A DNA stretch of 64,000 bases, taken from positions 30,135,693 through 30,199,692 of the forward strand of contig CM119264.1 of assembly GCA_051294375.1 (NCBI GenBank). The letters run 5' to 3'. The position numbers were made by a program, and so were the translations under genes. The notes below the pieces were generated by a model. That model made no database searches and was not told the origin of the DNA. It was given only the letters and a program-made list of their open reading frames with translations. The DNA comes from Paraspadella gotoi (taxonomy: Eukaryota; Animalia; Chaetognatha). Shown here one piece after another: positions 55,616 to 64,000 of the stretch (positions within the stretch are counted from its first letter, which is position 1; each line of letters starts with the position of its first letter).

Positions 55616-55940
55616 TTTTCCAACTTTAACCAATATCAATCTGCGAATAAAGAAAGAAGAAAACATTTCAAATTCTAAATTATAATAATAATAAAAAATA
55701 ATAAAAATAATAATAATGTTTATATTGGTTGTACCAATTTCATATTATATAACTAGAAAAATAAATGATCTAATTTAATTAATGTATAAAATGTTTCAAA
55801 TTTCACATCATTTTGCATCCAATTGTATTTATATCCTGAGCGCCTATGATTAGAGAATAATCCTTTCTTTTCGTTGTCGTTTAATATTGAGAAAAAAGCA
55901 AAGTGTTTTAGAATTTGTTACAACGATTTTATTTTTAATA

Positions 55941-55982
55941 TACGGACATGTTTCGGCTTGTGTTTCAAGCCTTCATCAGCAT
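55941..55982 (-). ncRNA. Minimal type I hammerhead ribozyme
   Basis: Minus strand g-CTGATGA-a-ggcttg[aaaca]caagcc-GAAA-catGTC-cgta: intact core, 6-bp stem II, palindromic ACATGT stem III, GUC site; stem I short. Confidence 0.8.
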
Positions 55983-56063
55983 GAGACAGGATAGTGGTCA
56001 GATGTGAGGACAGGTTGAAGGTGAGGACAGAATGAGTTAGTTGTGAAAAGAAGTGAAACTTGT

Positions 56064-56110
<47 letters not shown>

Positions 56111-56665
56111 CAGGGATAAATAAATGATAAAGATACATTTTTGCTATTTACAACAAAGATAAAAGAGTTTGAAAAACTAAATATTGGTAAAATTTAACAG
56201 TTAACTAGTGAGTAAATAAGCAATAAGCTAAGGGATAGTTAAGTGAAATTTAAAATTTGAAATGTGAAAGAAAGTAATTTATAGTTTTAGGTGATAATTA
56301 AGAGACTAAGAAAGTGAAATTAAAGGAAAAGGAAGAGCTCAAAATAAGCTGGCCCCCCTTGTTTTATGCAAATGAAGGACAAGGACGATGATGAGGGGTC
56401 ATTGGCGTGTCAGTGGCTGAGAAAAGAGTGCGACCAAACTGGTGAATGCCGCATTGGGGATCGATCATTGCGGAAAGATCCCCAGGGCCACTCTTATGTC
56501 TCTTTGGCCTGATACGCCTGCCGGCTGCCCTCTTCTCGCCTGCTGGCGAGGCGGGCGGTTGTCCGTTCTTGCCGCTTTTGCAAGAGGAGTGACGGATTCC
56601 TCTCCCTCCTCCTGAATCGTCACATCTGACCACTATACTGTCTCACCACTTTGTTGGAAATCTTT

Positions 56666-56708
<43 letters not shown>

Positions 56709-56740
56709 TCTTCTTTTGCACAACTTTTTCAATGATTGTC

Positions 56741-56770
56741 AAACGCTGATGAAGGCTTGAAACTCAACTC
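56741..56770 (+). ncRNA. Truncated hammerhead (GAAA and stem III deleted)
   Basis: aaacg-CTGATGA-a-ggcttgaaactcaa then jumps into the 3' flank. Confidence 0.55.
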
Positions 56771-57212
56771 GATTAAAAATAAAATCGTTGTAACAAATTC
56801 TAAAACATTTTGCTTTTCTCTAAATATTACTCTTAAAATTTTTTTACGGATTGTTATAATAGGAAAATTCATGTATGTTTTATTGGTAACCCGCTAATAA
56901 ATTAACATGTTTTCTTAATATTGTAATATGCAAATGAGATTCAGCGTCTTTAGGAAAGAAAAATAATGACAAAAAAATTTTTAAAAAAATTTAAAAGAAA
57001 AGAAGGAACCGGTACGTTCAATATTGTAGTGACTTTTTTATGTGTCAGCATTTTCAAATGAGCAAGTATGAAACGGATACAAAATGAGCATCTTATAGTT
57101 AACCTCTTATCTGTAAAGTATTAAGTAAAAAAAATATTGTATTATTTTCTCTCTTTTCGTTGCTAAGTGAATATTAGGAATTGTTTATTGTTTGCCAATA
57201 CAACGATTTTTA

Positions 57213-57267
57213 TTTTCATAGTACATGTTTCGACTCTGTTGATTCGAGTCTTCATCAGCTTTGAAAA
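57213..57267 (-). ncRNA. Minimal type I hammerhead ribozyme
   Basis: Exact reverse complement of 57872-57926. Confidence 0.88.
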
Positions 57268-57297
57268 ACATTATAAAAAATGCTCTACACATTAAGT

Positions 57298-57366
<69 letters not shown>

Positions 57367-57481
57367 TGAGAGAGATTGAGGGAGAGTTTCCAACAAAGGG
57401 CTGAGTAAAGGACAGTGGCCAGATGAGAGGACAGGTGAAGGTAAGAACAGAGAAGAAGATAATTTTGAAATGGTGAAAAGT

Positions 57482-57523
<42 letters not shown>

Positions 57524-57757
57524 ATTACATTTGACAATGTACAACAAAGATAAATTTAGAAAAACTTAGAAATAAGCTGAGATTTTGAATTAACAAAAGT
57601 TAAATAAGTAATAATGATGAAAAATGAAATGGAGGAATAGGTGGTGAGGGATAGATAAGTTAATAGTTAAGTGAAATATAAAAGAGAAGAAAGAGCTCAA
57701 AATGAGCTGGCCCCCCCTTTACTCAGCCCTTTGTTGGAAACTCTCCCTCAATCTCTC

Positions 57758-57841
<84 letters not shown>

Positions 57842-57871
57842 ACTTAATGTGTAGAGCATTTTTGATAATGT

Positions 57872-57926
57872 TTTTCAAAGCTGATGAAGACTCGAATCAA
57901 CAGAGTCGAAACATGTACTATGAAAA
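57872..57926 (+). ncRNA. Minimal type I hammerhead ribozyme
   Basis: ttttcaaag-CTGATGA-a-gactc[gaatcaaca]gagtc-GAAA-catGTA-ctatgaaaa: stem I 8 of 9 pairs, 5-bp stem II, palindromic ACATGT stem III; predicted cleavage after GUA at 57917. Confidence 0.9.
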
Positions 57927-58799
57927 TAAAAATCGTTGTATTGGCAAACAATAAACAATTCCTAGTAAAAAAAATAATATTTTTTACAGAAAAGAAAACT
58001 TATTGACTCTCCAATCACGTTACCCCCATTGTTTTGATCACGTGACTGCCTTTGTTCTTATCACGTGACCGCCTAAGTATGTAATCTTGCCAGCGAATAA
58101 ATGAGATTATTTGATAACATTGCTGAATTAAAAAAAAAAACATAATCAAAAAAAAACTTTGGGTTAAGGTCAGTGGGTTGATCTTTAAAGCTATGGTTAA
58201 ATTGTCGTTGAGGTTTGGATTAGAAAAAAGAACTCACTTTTTATGGACTGGAAGTTTATATTTAAAGTAAAATAATCAATTAATCAATTAATAGTTAATA
58301 TGTATAAAGTTAGAGTAGACGGACACGATTACGAATAGCTGTTTTTAGGGTTAAGATAGAGTGAGTAAAAAGGTTTATTTTAAAATTAAGATAAAGTTTG
58401 GGGTGGAAACCAGAGAAATTAATAAAATAAAACTAGAAATATTGTTTTCAGGATAAGATTCTTTATTGGTTATTTTATATTGTGAGTATATTAAAGGTTT
58501 TGATGCGACTTACCACCGGTGGTAAGTCGCCTCAGTTTAACAATTTGGAGAAAAAGATTTCGTCTGATAAAATCGCAGATAAAAAGCGGAATGTCAACTT
58601 GGAGAAAAGTAGCGGCGAAAAGCAGAGAGAGAGAGAGAGAGAGAGAGATGCAGGGAAAAGTGTTTCATGTAGTTAATCAAAGTCCGAAAGGTTAAATAAC
58701 CCGGTTCCTTAATGTGGCGCTAATTTTCCCTCGACATTTCGCGAGTTTTCGTTTTCGCCAGATGCGATTTCTGGAGCGAATATGCAAACCAATTGAGAG

Positions 58800-59000
58800 A
58801 GAGCGAGAGAGAGACGGATGGACGGAAAGACAGACAGACAAACGGACGGACGGAATTAATTTTTTTGGGCATAATTTATCATAATTCGTGGTTCTGATAT
58901 GATAAAAAGGATTTACCGACAAGATTTTCGGGTGTGACCGACGGACCGACAAAGTGGATCATAGAGTCTGAATCTGCGATAAGCAGATCCGACTTAAAAA
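58800..59000 (-). mobile_element. 5' part of a second HINE/DINE-like family
   Basis: Minus strand tttttaagtcggatctgc-ttatc-gcagattcagactctatgatccactttgtcggtccgtcggtc: T-run, hairpin, gactctat, CGGT/CTGT microsatellite; a related fragment lies at 8488-8545. Confidence 0.6.
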
Positions 59001-59891
59001 CCAGATTCCAAATACTGACGTCGTTAATTCTTAGAAATCGAAAGAAAAACAAAATCGAATGAGATTCGATGGAAAAAGAGAAATTTAAGGCCGAAAATCG
59101 GGATTTTCCACAGGAGACGGGTGGCGGGGGGAAGTGGAAAATGAGTGGGGGGAAAGGGAAAAGTGTGGAAAGAGGTGGAATAGGGTTGAGGGAGGTGGGA
59201 AAAGTGAGAGATGGTCGGTGAGGGAGGGGGAAAATGTTTCGGGAAGGGGAATGTGGAAAAAGGAGTAGGAGAAGGTGGTTGAGATGGAAAAACAGGTGGG
59301 GGGAGGTGGAAAAAAGTAGAAGACGGTGGAGGGAGGGGGAAAATGAGTGGGAGAGGTGGAAAAGGAGAGTGGAAAGTTATGGAAAAGTAGAAAGAGGGGC
59401 GGATAGGGTGATCCGTTAACAAAGGCCAGCCAAGATCCGGAGTGGATGAACCGCGTCAAAAGGTTTTGTTTGTGACCGCGAGGTGTCGCTGGCGTCGCTT
59501 TATCGCGCGTTACGGCGGAAATTCGGCCATTTTGGGTTTTTTAACGAGTTTTTTGTGATCGTTAAAAGTTTTATTCGATTCTAGAGAAAATCAAAGTTTT
59601 TTATTTCAGTTTTTTTTAGCGACGGGTCTGCCAGAAGAATCACTCTGTAGATAAAACGTTGGCAATTATTTTTGAAAATGTTAAATAAATGTTATTTGTA
59701 CTAATGATAAAATATTCAAAATTCAAAATCTTAGCAAAAAACTCGCATATCACCCATAACTGTTTTTAAAAGCAAAATCTTGTAAATCTTGAAATACGTG
59801 TTTTGAGTTAGTTGAAATTTAACCATTTAAAAGCAAAATAAAACTTTTGAATTTGATACAATTTCCCATAAACCGCCGCCTTTCCCTAAAT

Positions 59892-59955
<64 letters not shown>

Positions 59956-60032
59956 CCTCCTTGCAGTTTTTACGAGTCTACGAAAAGCTCGAACCGTTAA
60001 AACTCTTGAAAAAGTCAAAAGCGGAGAATGAG

Positions 60033-60074
<42 letters not shown>

Positions 60075-60081
60075 CCTCTCT

Positions 60082-60133
<52 letters not shown>

Positions 60134-60384
60134 GCGATGTATGCAAATGAAAGTTGACAACTCTTGCCGGCTTTACGAGTCTTGTATTCTTCTTCGGCTT
60201 CGGGGAATGCGGTTCGCTAACAAAAGGATTTTATTGCCATGCCTTTAGGCTTGAGACTTTCCCCTCTCTGACTTTTTCTTTCTCTTATTCTGCCCCTTTA
60301 CACTGCCCCCTTAATGTGCCATATTATACTGCCCCTTTACACTGGCCCCTTACTCTGCAAAATTATACTGCCCCTCTCCTCCCC

Positions 60385-60980
60385 TTTTCTTTTCTCACTC
60401 GTTTTTCTCTTTCCTTTCCCTTTCCTTTTTCCTCCTATTTCTTTCCTTTCCTCCCTTTTATTCTTTTCCTTTTATCCCCTTTCATCCCTTATTTTCCTTT
60501 CCTTTCCTCCCTTTTATACCCTTTCCTCCCTTATTTTCCTTTCCTTTCCTCCTTTTATCCCTTTTCCTCCCTTATTTTCCTTTCCTTTCCTTTCTTTTAT
60601 CCCCTTTCCTCCCTTATTTTCCTTTCCTTTCCTTCCTTTTATCCCTTTTCCTCACTTATTTTCTTTTCCTTTCCTCCCATATTTTCCTTTCCTTTCCTCC
60701 ATTTTATCCCCTTTTCTCCCCTATTTTCCTTTCCTTTCCTTCCTTTTATCCCCTTTTCTCCCTTATTTTCCTTTCCTTTCCTTCCTTTTATCCCCTTTCC
60801 TCCCTTATTTTCCTTTCCTTTCCTCCCTTTCATCCCTTTTTCTCCTTTCCTTTTCCTCCACTCCCATCTCTTTCCTTTTCCTCCACTCTCATCTCTTTCC
60901 TTTTCCTCCACTCTCATCTCTTTTCTTTTCCTCCACTCTCATCCCTTTCCTTTTCCTCCACTCTCATGTCTTTCCTTTTC
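60385..60980. repeat. Pyrimidine-rich intronic minisatellites (ccttattttcctttccttt...; ttttcctccactctcatc...)
   Basis: Direct reading; source of the long F/P/S/L ORFs. Confidence 0.9.
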
Positions 60981-60986
60981 TTCCAG

Positions 60987-61203
60987 CTCCTTCCGCGCCT
61001 CTCCTTTCCTCCACGACGCCGCCAAGAATTCGGCGTCGTCTTCCTCGTCATCGACGCCGATCTCCTCAGCGGCGTCGATCGAAAAGACGCCGGAAGTGGG
61101 CGTGGCAGTAGAAGCGGCGCTACGGACGTCATCTTCTCTCGCCTCGAGCGCGACAACAAATAAAGACGTGAATAAAAACCGCAAATTTCCCCGGCGGTTC
61201 GAA

Positions 61204-61239
<36 letters not shown>

Positions 61240-61337
61240 TTCAATCGACGAAGAAGGAAACGTCAACTGAAAAGATCGTCGCTCTTTCCATCGTCGTCGT
61301 CGTCGTCGTCGTCGTCGTCATCTCGCTCTGGAAAGAA
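60987..61337 (+). CDS. Ig-domain protein, Ser/Thr-rich exon
   Basis: Acceptor ttttcttccag| and donor AA|GTGAGT; 351 nt phase 2-2 open frame SFRASPFLHDAAKN...RRRRKR...SRSGK. Confidence 0.78.
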
Positions 61338-61735
61338 GTGAGTCTCAGACTTGAATAAAACTTCAGAGAGAAAATGAGAATTAAGAAGAAAAAGAATCGC
61401 ACGAACGTTTTTTTTATTTTATTACTTTGGCTTTGGAAGTTAGTGTAGTGGCCGACTACGTTAGGGAAAAGATTGAAATTAGTTCGATTAAAACGGAACT
61501 TTTTATATATATAGGAACGAGTTTAATTGGAATATTCTTTAATTAAAAAACCGGTTTGATAATTTGTTTTTTTTATTACGATTCCGAAGGTTTTCTAAAT
61601 GTTACTATAATTACTATTGAATTAAATTTAGTTCGCACTCTGCATCTAAAAATCAATAACTAAACATAACTAAACTTCACTCATTAGAAAAAAATAATTT
61701 AATTATTATTTCCCCCCCCAACCAAAATTTTACAG

Positions 61736-62064
61736 ATTTTCCTACACGACTCATTTCTCCGATTTTAAAGACGTTTGGTCATCGAACGAGTATCACTCTC
61801 CTTCCTCTTCCTCCTCCTCTTCTTCCTCTTCCTCCTGGAACCAACGACTCAAACTTCCCTCGCAGCCCACGCGGCCGCAGCATCTCCGCCGGCCGCAGCC
61901 TCAGCCGCTGCGGCGCGTTTCCGCCGCAGCCTCCGTCCCGGCCGCGTTGAAGGCCGCTGCCGCCGCATCCACGCCCGTCGGCGCGTCGTCGACGCAGCGC
62001 AGGAAATCAGCGTCGAAGAAGAAATCGGGAAAAGGGATGTTGGCCACGCCCAAGATTCACAGGG
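61736..62064 (+). CDS. Ig-domain protein, Ser/Ala/basic-rich exon
   Basis: Acceptor ttttacag| and donor GG|GTGAGG; phase 2 in, phase 1 out; open frame FSYTTHFSDFKDVWSSNEYH...MLATPKIHR. Confidence 0.82.
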
Positions 62065-62077
62065 GTGAGGATAGAAT

Positions 62078-62395
62078 TGTTCGTTCGTTCGTTCGTTCGT
62101 TCGTTCGTTCGTTCGTTCGTTCGTTCGTTCGTTCGTTCGTTCGTTCCTTCATTATTTCCTTTCCTTTCCTGTCCTCTGCTTTCCTCTCCTTTCCTTTCAT
62201 TTCCTTTTCTTTCCTTTCCTCTTCTTTCCTTTCATTTCATTTCATTTCATTTCATTTCATTTCATTTCATTTCATTTCATTTCATTTCATTTCACTTCAT
62301 TACATTACATTACATTACATTACATTACATTACATTACATTACATTACATTACATTACATTTCCTTTCCTTTCCTTTCCTTTCCTTTCCTTCTTC
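62078..62395. repeat. Compound intronic microsatellite (TTCG)n-(TTTCC)n-(TTTCA)n-(TTACA)n
   Basis: Direct reading. Confidence 0.95.
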
Positions 62396-62499
62396 CCTTC
62401 CACCCTTTTCTATCCTTTCTCTATCTATCCCTCACCTCTTTCTAACCATCCCCCTAACCTCCATCAACCCCAACCATCCCAACTCCCCTCCATCTTCAG

Positions 62500-62677
62500 T
62501 CGTGGCCTCCGAAGGTTCGGGCGCCTTCTTCGAATGCGACTCCCCCGACCGCGCCGCCATCTGGATCAAACTCAAAGACTCGGGCGTCTTTGATAAAATC
62601 CTCGCCTCGGGATCCAGACCTTACGATTCGGGTCACGTGAGGAAATACGCCTTCACGCAAAAGGGGGTCCGATACAG
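62500..62677 (+). CDS. Ig-domain protein, N-terminal half of an I/V-set immunoglobulin domain (lachesin/DPR/IgLON-like pattern)
   Basis: Acceptor catcttcag| and donor CAG|GTCAGT, phase-compatible; VVASEGSGAFFECDSPDRAAIWIKL...ILASG...RKYAF...RY fits V-x-E-G-x-x-A-x-F-x-C and the C-strand Trp. Confidence 0.8.
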
Positions 62678-63041
62678 GTCAGTTTGAGGGAGGGGGGGGA
62701 TTAGTCAGTTGGGGTTGGGGGGAAAAGGGTTGGGGACGATTTGGGTTTCAAATGGACAAGTGTTGTGGCATTAAGAGTGAGGCAGTTCCTCGTAGGACGA
62801 ACGCCTGTCAAGGCAAGTGTTGTGGGGAGCAGTACGTCTCTGCCTTCACGCGGTGGGAGCGGGAAGATCCTTTCGGATGGCAGAAGAGACGGGAGGCTCG
62901 AGCCAACAAGAAGGAAAAGCCGAAAGGCGGAATCCCGATCGGTTTTCTTGAGTATCGGAGTGGGACAGGCCCAGTCGCTTTGGTCACCCCCGCCTCTTTG
63001 AGAGTGAAGGAGTCCCTCGTTGGACGAATGCCTTTCTAGTC

Positions 63042-63084
<43 letters not shown>

Positions 63085-63349
63085 ACCTTGAATCTTACAA
63101 TTTTACACAAGGCTTTGCCAATAAAATAACATATATCGAAGTGAAAGCATTCACCTTCCCGCTGAATTAATAAATTAATCAACGACAAATCCAACCCTCT
63201 ACTTGTCACTACGAAGCGATCACTACGGAAAACCTCTCTCTGTTTTTCGTTTTCCTCTCGCGTCGACATAAACGTCGATAATCAGTTTAATAATCGGATT
63301 TTTCTTTTTAACCGATTCGATCATGCAAAAGAATTCATGGAATCGCTCG

Positions 63350-63383
<34 letters not shown>

Positions 63384-64000
63384 GACCGCCTCGATTCTCG
63401 TGGGATTAGAGCGAATTAAAAATGGTGATTGTTTTAGTCGAACAGGGAAAGAAAAGAAGATTAAGAGAATAAAAGATTAATTGTTGAATCCAGATTAAAA
63501 ACAAAGAATATTTCAGTATTGATGAAAAACCATAATTATAAATTATACTACGAAAAAATTTATTAATTTTTTTTCTTGCGCAATAAGAGTGTCTTCAGCT
63601 GCCTCGATTTCAGGCTGACTTTCAAGATGGTGGTTTCAAATATTGTTTATTTGTCATAAATTCAAGGTGTCCGTTTCATAATAAGGTACATAATTAAATC
63701 TTTAAAAGATAAAATAGGCCACATATCATTCCATTGGTTAGACAAAGTTACAAACGGTCCTTAAAGCCGTACGACGTCGGAGGCAACTGACCCTGACTCT
63801 TAAAATTCTTTACATTTCAAAAAAAATTCAGATATTGCGCTTTCTTCTTCGTCTTTATAATCGGGAAACTTGAGACTCGGATATCGAAATTCTCTGCCAT
63901 CGGACGTCGAGCCGTTCTGGCCGCTCTTGCCGCCGCGAATGCCAATACAAAGAGACTTATTATAAATTTAATGTTCCGGTTTCTATCATCGAATAATAAT

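Larger units (their letters stand above)
55862..56826 (-). mobile_element. Non-coding Penelope-like/retrozyme-type element with inverted terminal arms carrying hammerheads (element B)
   Basis: 55886-55980 is the reverse complement of 56745-56826 apart from a deletion; gagacag.atagtggtcagatgtga occurs in both orientations; internal region homologous to 57412-57715. Confidence 0.75.
57147..57964 (-). mobile_element. Non-coding Penelope-like/retrozyme-type element with ~240 bp near-perfect inverted arms, each with a hammerhead (element A)
   Basis: 57175-57411 is the reverse complement of 57716-57964; a ~30 nt tail (caacgaaaagagag on - strand) extends beyond one arm only. Confidence 0.82.

Noticed and set aside
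60154-60986. N-terminal part of the 395-aa ORF
   Set aside because: Mostly pyrimidine minisatellite upstream of a clear splice acceptor at 60986
62752-63039. 95-aa ORF as the next exon of the Ig gene
   Set aside because: A phase-compatible AG exists but the polypyrimidine tract is weak and the peptide lacks the Ig D-x-G-x-Y-x-C motif

Overview
AT-rich, microsatellite-saturated eukaryotic (invertebrate metazoan-type) genomic DNA with spliceosomal introns and many N gaps. Almost all ORFs in the supplied track are translations of simple repeats. The supportable genes are: (i) three phase-compatible + strand exons (60987-62677) of an Ig-domain protein with a long Ser/Thr/Ala-rich N-terminus; (ii) a - strand XK-related multipass membrane gene (55615 to 52266) that appears disrupted; (iii) a signal-peptide first exon (38647-39158) of a secreted precursor. 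A few weaker exon candidates also occur. The most striking non-coding signal is a family of minimal type I hammerhead ribozymes with covarying stems. They lie in two adjacent ~0.8-1 kb non-coding inverted-repeat elements (55862-56826, 57147-57964) plus a solo copy near 5.9 kb, an architecture typical of Penelope-like elements/retrozymes. Several Helentron-associated (HINE/DINE-1-like) non-autonomous elements and many minisatellites are present. Three kb-scale duplications/inversions each adjoin an exactly 25-N gap and have indel-rich copies, so they are probably long-read gap-filling artefacts. All calls were made by eye; no database searches were run and many boundaries are approximate.
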